Source: a virus
Taxonomy: Duplodnaviria; Caudoviricetes
Virus record (IMG/VR): IMGVR_UViG_3300031965_000098
Span: 1-35,195 of that record
Strand: one strand, 5' to 3'
Length of the DNA: 35,195 nucleotides
In this document: positions 1 to 7,257 of the stretch, piece by piece
How the letters are laid out: every line of letters begins with the position of its first letter
Numbering within the stretch: the stretch's first letter is position 1
Translations under genes and position numbers: made by a program
The notes under the pieces: generated by a model
Databases searched by the model: none
What the model saw: the letters and a program-made list of their open reading frames with translations, nothing else
Told to the model about the DNA's origin: nothing

Positions 1-324
1 CCGAGCGCCGCGCACGTGTAGCTGGGGAGAAAGCGCGTGAGCGTTTCGAGTTGCAGCAGGCAGCAGCAGCGGCACGGCGAGAAGAAAACACCGTGAGCTC
101 TTTCGCCGCGGATCTCTGAACTGACCGCCGAGCCTCGCGATAGCGGCGCAGGCTGCACGCCGCCGCCGCGGTCCTGGCCACTCCATCTACCGCGCCGCGC
201 GCCGCTCCACAGCGATCCTGGCGCGTTCCATGGCATGCCCCGCCCAATCCCCGCCGGCGGGACTGTCCTGGGCTCGTCCGGTACCCTCTGCCCTCTATGG
301 GAAAAGTGCCAGGGCGTGCCGCGC

Positions 325-373
325 CGGACTTTTAATCCGTTGGTCGGCGGTTCGATCCCGCCACGGCCTACCA
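325..373 (+). tRNA. 3' fragment of tRNA-Lys(TTT), probable att core (not a complete tRNA)
   Basis: CGGA-CTTTTAA-TCCG anticodon arm, GGCGG-TTCGATC-CCGCC T arm, ACGGCCT-A-CCA acceptor end. No D arm or 5' acceptor strand upstream. Ends 13 nt from the integrase stop. Confidence 0.88.
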
Positions 374-386
374 ATAAATCAACGAG

Positions 387-1382
387 TTAGTGGCGGTTTC
401 GGGATCGCGCTTGCTGTTTTTTGCTCCGCGCAGGCTCCGTCGAAGCCATCTGGCCGCTGATGCCAGCGTTGACGGCCTTGCGCAGATGGGCTGTCGCCAG
501 GTGCGCGTAGCGGCCGGTCGTGGCGATGCTGGAATGCCCGAGCAAGTCCCGCACGGCCGGGAGCGGTACGCCGGCCTGGATCAGCCAGCTCGCGTAGGTG
601 TGGCGCAGGTCGTGGAAACGGATCTCGCTCATGCCCGCCCGGGCGCGCGCGCGATCGAAGCCCTTGCGCAGCTCGTCCACCGTGAGATCGAGCGGTAGCC
701 GGACGTGGCGCGCCTCGGGCGGCAGCGGCACCAGGCGCGGGCGGTCGTTCTTCGAGACGCTCACCTGGAGGACGCCGGCGCGCCGATCGCCGGCCTCGAG
801 GCGCAGCAGCTCGCTGCGGCGCAGGCCGGAAGTCGCGGCCAGGAGGATCGCGTCGGCCACGCGCCGGTCGCCGGCGGCCGCGGCGAGGCGCTTCACCTGC
901 GCCGGCGTGAGGTAGACATGGCGCGCGCGCTCGCCGGGCAGCAGCTGCACGCGGCGCGCGACGTCGACGTCGAGCCAGTTCCACTGGTTGCAGGCGAGGT
1001 TCGCGACGCGGCGCAGGATCGCGAGGCGCCGGTTGATCGTCGCCGGCGCGAGCTGGTCGGCGAGGCCGGCGCGCTTCACGGCCTCGGCCGCGTCGCCGAC
1101 CTCCTCGAGGGCGCGGCCGGCGATGTGCGGCAGCATGACGCGGACCTTGTTGCGGAGATCCCGTTCGGTGCGCAGCGCGCGCGCCTCGCCGGTCAGCCAG
1201 CGCTCGAGCGCTTCCTCGATGCTGTAGCGCGACGCGCGGCCAACTCGACGATCGTCGACGCGGTGGCGCGTACGGCGCTCGAACTCGAGCGCGTCCGCCC
1301 TGGCCCTAAAAGTGCGGCTAATCCGACGCCCAAGGTGCTGCACGCGGGCTTCCCAGCCTTTGCCATGTCGGCGGACGGGCAT
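387..1382 (-). CDS. int: Tyrosine recombinase, phage integrase
   Basis: SGLRRSEL (Arg), FHDLRHTYASW (HxxR), LLGHSSIATTGRYAH (His, catalytic Tyr); adjacent to the tRNA fragment. Confidence 0.96.
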   Translation of the reverse strand: MPVRRHGKGWEARVQHLGRRISRTFRARADALEFERRTRHRVDDRRVGRASRYSIEEALERWLTGEARALRTERDLRNKVRVMLPHIAGRALEEVGDAAEAVKRAGLADQLAPATINRRLAILRRVANLACNQWNWLDVDVARRVQLLPGERARHVYLTPAQVKRLAAAAGDRRVADAILLAATSGLRRSELLRLEAGDRRAGVLQVSVSKNDRPRLVPLPPEARHVRLPLDLTVDELRKGFDRARARAGMSEIRFHDLRHTYASWLIQAGVPLPAVRDLLGHSSIATTGRYAHLATAHLRKAVNAGISGQMASTEPARSKKQQARSRNRH

Positions 1383-1549
1383 GCGGGTGCGCGGCGGGCT
1401 TGCAGGTAGGCTTCGAGGTCGGACGCGAGGATTCTAACGCAGCCGCGGATGCGGGTCGGGATGAGGCGGCCGTCGGCCACTTCGCGCTTGATGGTGCGCA
1501 CGGAGACGCCGGCGAGCTCGGCGGCGGCGGCGTAGGTGAGGGGCGTCAC
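1193..1549 (-). CDS. xis: Excisionase-like helix-turn-helix protein
   Basis: N-terminal LTYAAAAELAGVSVRTIKREVADGRL..RIRGCVRILASDLEAYL matches the Xis/HTH_17 pattern; lies directly upstream of int and overlaps its 5' end. Confidence 0.8.
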   Translation of the reverse strand: MTPLTYAAAAELAGVSVRTIKREVADGRLIPTRIRGCVRILASDLEAYLQARRAPACPSADMAKAGKPACSTLGVGLAALLGPGRTRSSSSAVRATASTIVELAARRATASRKRSSAG

Positions 1550-1920
1550 TTGTTGGCGAGCTCGTGCGGTGGTATCGCTGGTGTTGCGGACCGCAGCTCG
1601 GCGATTTCGGCCTTCAGTTCGTCCCGCACGTCAGCCACGCCGTTGAGCATCTTCCCGCAGACCTCTAGCCGGTCCGTGGTGTCCGCCAACTCCAGTTCGA
1701 GCTCGCCGTTCCGGGCCCGCACTTCGTCGACGATGCGCTCGGCCAGCATCCGCCCCTCGCGCTCGGCGGTGAGTTGGCGGCGGAAGTCGGCGAGCTGGTT
1801 CTCTGCCTTGCGCAGATCGAGCTCGAGCTTCTCGATGATGTCCGCGGCAGCCACCTCGTTCGAGGGCGCGGGGAAGGTGCGCCAATAGCGAAGCAGCTCT
1901 GCGCGATCGGCGGTCATCAT
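1546..1920 (-). CDS. Hypothetical coiled-coil phage protein
   Basis: Heptad-like, E/L/R-rich ORF; start and stop overlap the neighbouring RT and xis genes. Confidence 0.7.
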   Translation of the reverse strand: MMTADRAELLRYWRTFPAPSNEVAAADIIEKLELDLRKAENQLADFRRQLTAEREGRMLAERIVDEVRARNGELELELADTTDRLEVCGKMLNGVADVRDELKAEIAELRSATPAIPPHELANK

Positions 1921-3251
1921 GGGTACGCCTTCATCAGCCGCTGATCTACCGCCACGCCTCTCCTCATCACCGCCCTCGCGAGCCGCGCCCGATCGCGCCC
2001 GCTGTGGCTCGCCTGGCGCAGGAGGCCGAAGTAGCTGTTCGCGGCCGCGGGGACGTCCTCGGCCGGCATGCTCGAGATCCTGGCCAGCGTGGCGTGCACG
2101 GTTCGCCGACGGATGGTGCGGCGCCAGGGCTTGACCACCTGGCCGACGAAATCCACGCCGCGCGCGATGGGCTGCAGGACGACCTTGGCGGGGTTGAGCT
2201 GGAGCTGCAGGCGCTCCTCGAGGAAGCGCTCGATCGCGGCGCGCCAGGCGTTGAGCTGCCGGGGGTCCTCGTGCAGCAGGATGAAGTCATCGACGTAGCG
2301 CACGTAGTGGGGCGCGCGCAGCTGGTGCTTGACGTGCTGGTCGAGCGGGTCGAGGTAGACGTTCGCGAAGAACTGGCTGCTGAGGTTGCCGATCGGCAGG
2401 CCGTGGTGGGCGTCCTGGCGAAAGAGGCTCTTCGCTGGCGGGATCCGGGCGAGCTCGTCGGCGCGGCCGCGCACGATGACGTTCTCGCGCGGGTCGTGGG
2501 CGACGATGAGCTCTGCGAGGTCCATCCAGAATGGCTCGCGGATGCGCCGCTCGAGCAGAGGGGGCAGGATCCGCTTGTCGATCGAGACGAAGAAGTTGGC
2601 GACGTCGAGCTTCAGATACCAAGCGCGGCGGGTCCAGTTGGCGGTGATGGCGCGCACCTTCGCCTCGAGCCGGCGCGCGCCGTACAGGGTGCCCCGGCCC
2701 TTGATGCAGGCGCAGGTATCGGCGATAAACGAGGCCTCGAACCTCGGGCCGATGCGGTTGTAGAGAGCGTGGTGGATCACGCGGTCGCGGAAGCCCGCGG
2801 CCCACACTTCGCGCGGCTTGGGCCTGGTGATGACGAAGCACGTACTCGGGCCCGGGCGGTAGGCGCCGCTCGCGAGATCCGCGTGCAGGCCGGCGAGCTC
2901 TTCCTCCTGCCGGCCCTCGAACTCGCGCGCGCTGGCGGTGTTCCTCTTATGGCGCCGGCAATCGAGCCACGCCTCGAGCAGCGTGGCGAGTGAAAGACCC
3001 TCCCCGGTTCGACCTGCGGACCGCGCGCGCCATGTTCTTGTTGTCCTTGTGCCAGTTGTTCGAGTTGCCGTTGTTGAAGCTCTGGTTCCAGGCGTAGGCG
3101 TCGTAGCCGGCGTACTGCGGTCGATCGCGCTCGTAACGCCGGGGCGCCGAAGGCCCTCTGAATCCGGGCCGATCAGCGCGGCGGCTGCACCGGACGCTGG
3201 CCCGGCCGGGCTGAAGAGATCCAGCTGGCCGGCGGTATCCGTGGCGTGCAT
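1917..3251 (-). CDS. DGR reverse transcriptase (start uncertain: ATG 3251 with GAGG upstream; frame open to 3350)
   Basis: [67 protein letters not shown] motifs. No maturase or endonuclease extension. Adjacent to avd and TR. Confidence 0.96.
   Translation of the reverse strand: MHATDTAGQLDLFSPAGPASGAAAALIGPDSEGLRRPGVTSAIDRSTPATTPTPGTRASTTATRTTGTRTTRTWRARSAGRTGEGLSLATLLEAWLDCRRHKRNTASAREFEGRQEEELAGLHADLASGAYRPGPSTCFVITRPKPREVWAAGFRDRVIHHALYNRIGPRFEASFIADTCACIKGRGTLYGARRLEAKVRAITANWTRRAWYLKLDVANFFVSIDKRILPPLLERRIREPFWMDLAELIVAHDPRENVIVRGRADELARIPPAKSLFRQDAHHGLPIGNLSSQFFANVYLDPLDQHVKHQLRAPHYVRYVDDFILLHEDPRQLNAWRAAIERFLEERLQLQLNPAKVVLQPIARGVDFVGQVVKPWRRTIRRRTVHATLARISSMPAEDVPAAANSYFGLLRQASHSGRDRARLARAVMRRGVAVDQRLMKAYP
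3014..3119 (-). repeat. DGR template repeat (TR), 106 bp
   Basis: Aligns without gaps to VR1 and VR2; 8 AAC codons in the target frame ([34 protein letters not shown]); mismatches fall almost only at TR adenines. Confidence 0.97.
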
Positions 3252-3321
3252 GGCGGTGGCCTCGATCGAGGCCAGCGGCGCGACCAGATTGAAAATCGCT
3301 CGGGCGTAATCGCCGTGACGG

Positions 3322-3690
3322 TTACGCAGCTGGCGACGGGTCGGGTGCAAAGTGGTTCCTCAGTGCGACAGCCTGCTTGCCGATCGAGGCGACCAGCGGC
3401 AGGCCTTCGGAAAACGCGGTGTTGGGCAGGTGGCCGAGCTCGCGCAGCGTGCGCAGGATCGCCTGGGAGATCTCCAGGCGGTCGAGCAGCTCCTCGAGGA
3501 GCGGGATCTTCGCCGCCTCGCGCGCGATGTTGGCGTGGCGCATGGTCACCAGCATGTTCAGCGACTCGTCGACCAGGCGCTCGCCGTAGAGCCGCTTCAC
3601 ATCGCGCGGCAGGTGCGGCGCGCGACGAGCGACGAACTTCTGGAACTCGGCGATCGCGCGGTAGAGGTCGGTGTCGCTGTGCAGGGCCAT
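3322..3690 (-). CDS. avd: DGR accessory variability determinant (Avd-like four-helix bundle)
   Basis: 122-aa helical protein (LPRDVKRLYGERL...SIGKQAVAL) between the target genes and TR/RT, the canonical DGR position. Confidence 0.88.
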   Translation of the reverse strand: MALHSDTDLYRAIAEFQKFVARRAPHLPRDVKRLYGERLVDESLNMLVTMRHANIAREAAKIPLLEELLDRLEISQAILRTLRELGHLPNTAFSEGLPLVASIGKQAVALRNHFAPDPSPAA

Positions 3691-3730
3691 GGGAAAAATC
3701 GCGTCGAAAAAAAGCGCTAGCGCGGAATGG

Positions 3731-4135
3731 TCAAATGATCACTCTGCGGACCGCGCGCGCCATGCACTTGCTGTCCTTGCGCCAGTAGTCCGAGCCGCCG
3801 TAGTCGAAGCTCTGGAACCAGGCGCCGGCGCCGTAGCCGGCGAACTGCGCATTCGACCAGTAGTAGCGCTTCTGGAATTTGTCGGCGTGATGCGCCCACA
3901 GCATCGCCTGCTCGATGCGGTTCGGCAGATCGCCGCCTTCCTTCTTCGCCCAGGCCATGGCGTCCTTCCAGCCGACATCAGTGTGCTCGCCGGGCAGCAG
4001 GATGGTGTGCGTCACCTTCCCGTTCGTGCTGATCGTGCCGCCGACGTAGACCTCGCCCTTCTTCAGCGCGGGGATGGCGATTTTTGCGGCGACGGCCGCC
4101 TGCGGCGGCCGGGGTTTGCGTGCTTGTTTTTTCAT
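3731..4135 (-). CDS. DGR target 1, DUF1566/C-type-lectin-like protein (134 aa)
   Basis: ATG at 4135 with GAGGTG RBS; WKDAMAWA..GGDLPNRIE..YYWS motifs; C-terminus encoded by VR1, ending ARAVRRVII. Confidence 0.9.
   Translation of the reverse strand: MKKQARKPRPPQAAVAAKIAIPALKKGEVYVGGTISTNGKVTHTILLPGEHTDVGWKDAMAWAKKEGGDLPNRIEQAMLWAHHADKFQKRYYWSNAQFAGYGAGAWFQSFDYGGSDYWRKDSKCMARAVRRVII
3744..3849 (-). repeat. DGR variable repeat VR1
   Basis: 16 mismatches to TR over 106 bp, 15 at TR adenines and one T>G. Confidence 0.96.
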
Positions 4136-4160
4136 CGGATCACCTCGGAATGCGGAATGG

Positions 4161-4664
4161 TCAAATGGATACTCTGCGGACCGCGCGCGCCATGAGCTTG
4201 CGGCCCTTGGGCCAGTGGCCCGAGTAGCCGTAGTCGAAGCTCTGGCCCCAGGCGGAGGCGTCGTAGCCGGCGTACTGCGTCGAGGACCAGTAGATGTCCT
4301 CATCGAAGCGCTCGGCTTCGGGCAGCGCTTGCCGGGCCGACCAGGCGAGGAGCAGCTCGCCGCGGCTCGGCAGGTACCAGATCACTTCGCCGCCGATCTC
4401 CAATGCGCGGATTATCTGCGCGAGCGTGCCGCCGGCCTCGGCCATGGCGCCGGTGTTGTGAAGGCCGTCGAATTCGGAGCGCGCGCCATCGACGTTCTTC
4501 GTCGTCTTGTGCCACACGGCGGCCGGAAACTCGCCGGTGGCTTTCGGGGCGACGATGAGGGCGAAGGGCTGCTGCTCGAGGAAGAAGCGGCCGATGAGGA
4601 AGCCGCCGTGCATCGGCGTGCCGAGCGGGGCGGTGGCGGCGTTCAGGTCTTGCGGGGCGTTCAT
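4161..4664 (-). CDS. DGR target 2, DUF1566/C-type-lectin-like protein (167 aa)
   Basis: AGGAG RBS; DGLHNT, WYLPSRGEL and YWSSTQ motifs; C-terminus encoded by VR2, ending ARAVRRVSI. Confidence 0.92.
   Translation of the reverse strand: MNAPQDLNAATAPLGTPMHGGFLIGRFFLEQQPFALIVAPKATGEFPAAVWHKTTKNVDGARSEFDGLHNTGAMAEAGGTLAQIIRALEIGGEVIWYLPSRGELLLAWSARQALPEAERFDEDIYWSSTQYAGYDASAWGQSFDYGYSGHWPKGRKLMARAVRRVSI
4174..4279 (-). repeat. DGR variable repeat VR2
   Basis: 15 mismatches to TR over 106 bp, all at TR adenines. Confidence 0.97.
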
Positions 4665-4675
4665 GCGGTTCTCTC

Positions 4676-4942
4676 CTATTTGATGCGGTGGGTGACCATG
4701 CGCGGCTTTTCGGGCGCGCCGGCCTTGCTCTTGTCCGGAAGCGCGTTGAAGACCGGCAGCGAGAGATCGTCGCGGCCCGTGGCCTTCACGTAGGCGACCT
4801 CGGCCTTCGCGCTGTCGATCACTGCGGCAGCGACCTCGCTGATCGCCTTCGCGCGCTCGATCTCCATCGGCTTGTCCTTGTCGCGCAACGCGTCCAAGGT
4901 CGCGAACAGGTACTCGCGCAGATCATCAAGCGTCTTTGCCAC
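4676..4942 (-). CDS. Hypothetical phage protein
   Basis: 88-aa helical ORF (LDDLREYLFATLDAL..IERAKAISEVA..IDSAKAEV), overlapping the end of the HNH gene. Confidence 0.75.
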   Translation of the reverse strand: MAKTLDDLREYLFATLDALRDKDKPMEIERAKAISEVAAAVIDSAKAEVAYVKATGRDDLSLPVFNALPDKSKAGAPEKPRMVTHRIK

Positions 4943-5618
4943 GTTTTTCCTCCATGCGATTGATCCTTCGATTGAGCGCGCCTTTCGCGTAGATCGCGCG
5001 CTTGAGCGGCTCGGGCATGCGGTGCAGGGAATTGCGCCGCGCGTTCTCGCGGCGGGTGATGAGCTCGAGGTTCGCGAGGTCGACGTTCATGTGGTCGCCG
5101 TCGCGAAAGCGCAGGACGTGTCCGTCGGGCAGCGGGCGGCCGTTGGCGCGCTCCCAGTTCAGGACGTTCACCGGCTTCCAGTTCACCGTGTAGGGCACGT
5201 TCGGGACCTCGGCGACCTTGACGTACAGGTAGCCGTCGACCAGGCGCTCGGCGCCGAGCGGCATGTAGTGCCGGGCGGCCTGGCCGTTTCGCTGCCCCTT
5301 CTTGAATTGGGTTTCCTTCATGCGCCTGGGCGCCCAGCCCGGCCGGCGCAATCCCTTGTTCGCCGGCACGTGGCCGGGCGGGTATCGATATGCCCAGCCC
5401 ACGTTGTCGCCGCGACGTAAGCGGCAGGCGTGCTGGCTGGCGAGATATTCGGCGGTCTTCGCCAAGCCGAGCTTGTGCGCCTTGGCGTACACGTAGCTGA
5501 TGGGGCGTTTCACGGCGCGGGCGATCTGCCAGGTGGGCTTGTGCGGGTAGTCGCGCACGAGGCGCGCGGTGGCCTTGGCGGTCCACGGGCGTCTGGTACG
5601 GCGCGCGCGACGTCCCAT
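4926..5618 (-). CDS. HNH-endonuclease-like protein with N-terminal HTH-like segment
   Basis: ATG 5618 overlaps the upstream TGA; WERANGRPLPDGHVLRFRDGDHMNVDLANLELITRRENARRN is HNH_3-like; FKKG-type basic motif. Confidence 0.8.
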   Translation of the reverse strand: MGRRARRTRRPWTAKATARLVRDYPHKPTWQIARAVKRPISYVYAKAHKLGLAKTAEYLASQHACRLRRGDNVGWAYRYPPGHVPANKGLRRPGWAPRRMKETQFKKGQRNGQAARHYMPLGAERLVDGYLYVKVAEVPNVPYTVNWKPVNVLNWERANGRPLPDGHVLRFRDGDHMNVDLANLELITRRENARRNSLHRMPEPLKRAIYAKGALNRRINRMEEKRGKDA

Positions 5619-5845
5619 CAACGCCTCTGCGCCGCGAGAACGAGCCAGAGCAAGCCGCAGGCGAGGCTCGTGCTCGAGGACCACCAGAATGCGAGACTGG
5701 CGAACGTCCCGGCGAACGCGAGGAGCGTGGCGCCGGTCAGCACGCAGGTGACGCGCGGCGGCTTCGTCGGGCTGGCGAGCGCGGGGAAGAGCGCCACGGA
5801 AAAGAGCAATTGCCCGAGAGCGAACACGAGGTCCTGCCAGCTCAT
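5618..5845 (-). CDS. Small multi-pass membrane protein (75 aa)
   Basis: MSWQDLVFALGQLLFSVALFPAL... about three hydrophobic segments; ATGA overlap with the upstream gene. Confidence 0.65.
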   Translation of the reverse strand: MSWQDLVFALGQLLFSVALFPALASPTKPPRVTCVLTGATLLAFAGTFASLAFWWSSSTSLACGLLWLVLAAQRR

Positions 5846-6165
5846 GCCAGTTTCCCCCCGTGCATTGCCGGGCGCTCGGCGTTGCGCGCCATCTTCTTGA
5901 TGGTTTCCGCCTCGAGGTCGATGCCAAGGGCCTCGCACAGGTCGGCCAGCCGGATGAGCACGTCCGCGCACTCTTCGCCGAAGTTCGCGCGGTCGCCAAC
6001 TCGCGCGGCTTCCGCGGCCTCGGCTACTTCAGTCGTGAGCAGCATCAGCCAGGAGAGGATGTGCCGCACGTCCTGGCCCGGGTGCCCGAAGCGCGGCGTG
6101 TACTCATGGAAACCTTTGGCGCGAGCGTCCGCGTGCGCCATGCGCTGGATCTCGGCGAGATTCAC
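5842..6165 (-). CDS. MazG-like all-alpha NTP pyrophosphohydrolase
   Basis: LLTTEVAEAAEA...GEECADVLIRLADLC...IDLE..KKMARN: ExxE...ExxD metal-binding signature. Confidence 0.85.
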   Translation of the reverse strand: MNLAEIQRMAHADARAKGFHEYTPRFGHPGQDVRHILSWLMLLTTEVAEAAEAARVGDRANFGEECADVLIRLADLCEALGIDLEAETIKKMARNAERPAMHGGKLA

Positions 6166-6308
6166 CGTCCGATCCTCGGCTCGATGTAGAGGAACCCGTC
6201 GCGCGCGACGATGTGGTAGACCGGCCGCTGCGCGCTCAGGCGCCAGCAGGTGCGCCAGGTGAGGCCCGTTGCGAGAAAAAACCAGACTGCACGGCCGATG
6301 CGGCGCAT
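6162..6308 (-). CDS. Small hypothetical protein (48 aa, MRRIGRAVWFFLATGLTW...)
   Basis: AGGAG RBS before ATG 6308; its stop overlaps the GTG of the MazG-like gene. Below the ORF-track length cutoff. Confidence 0.55.
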   Translation of the reverse strand: MRRIGRAVWFFLATGLTWRTCWRLSAQRPVYHIVARDGFLYIEPRIGR

Positions 6309-6322
6309 GGCGGAACTCCTAG

Positions 6323-6574
6323 TCAGTGGCTGTGAGCGGGCTCGCCGATGAGCTGGCGGACGAAGCGCAGGAGCGTGGCGGGATCGCGCCGGCGCCCGAG
6401 GCGCAGGCCTTTCCCCTCCGGAGCGGCGCGGTAGACGACGAACGCCGGCACCCAGCGCACGAGGCCGTCGGCCTCGATCGAGCGCTCGTGCACGTCGACG
6501 ACGCGAAGTCCGTGAGCCTTCGCGAGCTCACGCGCGGCTGCGAGCGGGTCGTCATTCTCGGCGCGCTTTCCCAT
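6323..6574 (-). CDS. Hypothetical phage early protein
   Basis: 83-aa ORF co-oriented within the tightly packed early operon. Confidence 0.6.
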   Translation of the reverse strand: MGKRAENDDPLAAARELAKAHGLRVVDVHERSIEADGLVRWVPAFVVYRAAPEGKGLRLGRRRDPATLLRFVRQLIGEPAHSH

Positions 6575-6785
6575 CGGACGCGGTGTGCCGTATCTCGACT
6601 TCCTGCTGCGGCGGCAGCAGCTCGTGCCAGGGCGAGCTCGGCGGGACGGCGATCGTGATCTCGCGGCCGCTCAACCGATCGTGCAAGAGCACCAGGCGGG
6701 CCTCGGGGTGCGCGGCGCGCGCCCGGGCGAATAGGTCGGTCCCCTTGCCTTCGGCGGCCGCGGCGGTGAGTTCAGGCTGGCGCAT
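6552..6785 (-). CDS. Hypothetical phage early protein
   Basis: 77-aa ORF overlapping both neighbours in the operon. Confidence 0.5.
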   Translation of the reverse strand: MRQPELTAAAAEGKGTDLFARARAAHPEARLVLLHDRLSGREITIAVPPSSPWHELLPPQQEVEIRHTASDGKARRE

Positions 6786-7002
6786 CGGCGAGGCGGCGAT
6801 CCACTTCGGCGGCGGCGTCGCGAAAGCGCCGATCGAGCAGCACCGCGCTCCGAACGTAGTCCTCGATCGCGGCCTGCGCGATGTCCTCGGGCTTTGCCTG
6901 GCGCGCCTTCGCGTCCCTGGCGAGGACCTGGTGGGTGCTCTCGCTCACCCGGACGGTGAGCGTGCGCATGCGATCTGGGGCGGAGCGGGTTTTAGCGGGC
7001 AT
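6772..7002 (-). CDS. Putative ribbon-helix-helix DNA-binding protein
   Basis: MRTLTVRVSESTHQVLARDAKARQAKPEDIAQAAIEDYV follows the beta-alpha-alpha CopG/Arc pattern; ATG at 7002. Confidence 0.6.
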   Translation of the reverse strand: MPAKTRSAPDRMRTLTVRVSESTHQVLARDAKARQAKPEDIAQAAIEDYVRSAVLLDRRFRDAAAEVDRRLADAPA

Positions 7003-7138
7003 GGGTGCCTTTCGTGCCGACGCGTAACCGTTTCTCGTCACCGAAACGCCGATCGGGCTTGATCGCGAAGATGTGCCGCACGATGAAACCGGCGGCGAAC
7101 GCAGCGAGCATGGCGAGGCTGATCGCGAGATCGTTCAC
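6992..7138 (-). CDS. Small hydrophobic peptide (48 aa, MNDLAISLAMLAAFAAGFIVRH...)
   Basis: GTGA overlap with the upstream stop; one TM-like segment. Confidence 0.45.
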   Translation of the reverse strand: MNDLAISLAMLAAFAAGFIVRHIFAIKPDRRFGDEKRLRVGTKGTHAR

Positions 7139-7257
7139 AGCGGCGTGCCCTGGAGCCAGGCGACGAGCCTGACCAAGTTGACCGGCACGAAGACGACGAA
7201 GGCGAGCGCCGCCGCGGCGATGAGGGCGCTGATTGCCATCGCCCGCAGGAGTTTCAT
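7135..7257 (-). CDS. Small hydrophobic peptide (40 aa, MKLLRAMAISALIAAAALAFVVFVPV...)
   Basis: ATGA overlap with the upstream stop; one TM-like segment. Confidence 0.5.
   Translation of the reverse strand: MKLLRAMAISALIAAAALAFVVFVPVNLVRLVAWLQGTPL

Noticed and set aside
1-324. Coding gene or integrase arm-type sites left of the att core
   Set aside because: No convincing ORF, and only short GC-rich near-repeats that could arise by chance.
290-373. Complete tRNA-Lys gene
   Set aside because: Sequence upstream of 325 cannot form the D arm or pair with the acceptor strand; only the 3' part is present.
1917-3350. Group II intron, retron or Abi-type RT
   Set aside because: No maturase or endonuclease domain and no msr/msd-like inverted repeats seen; avd plus adenine-biased TR/VR pairs identify a DGR.
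4136-4303. N-terminal 56 aa of the 190-aa ORF 3731..4303
   Set aside because: This is VR2 read in an alternative frame; the RBS-supported start is ATG 4135.
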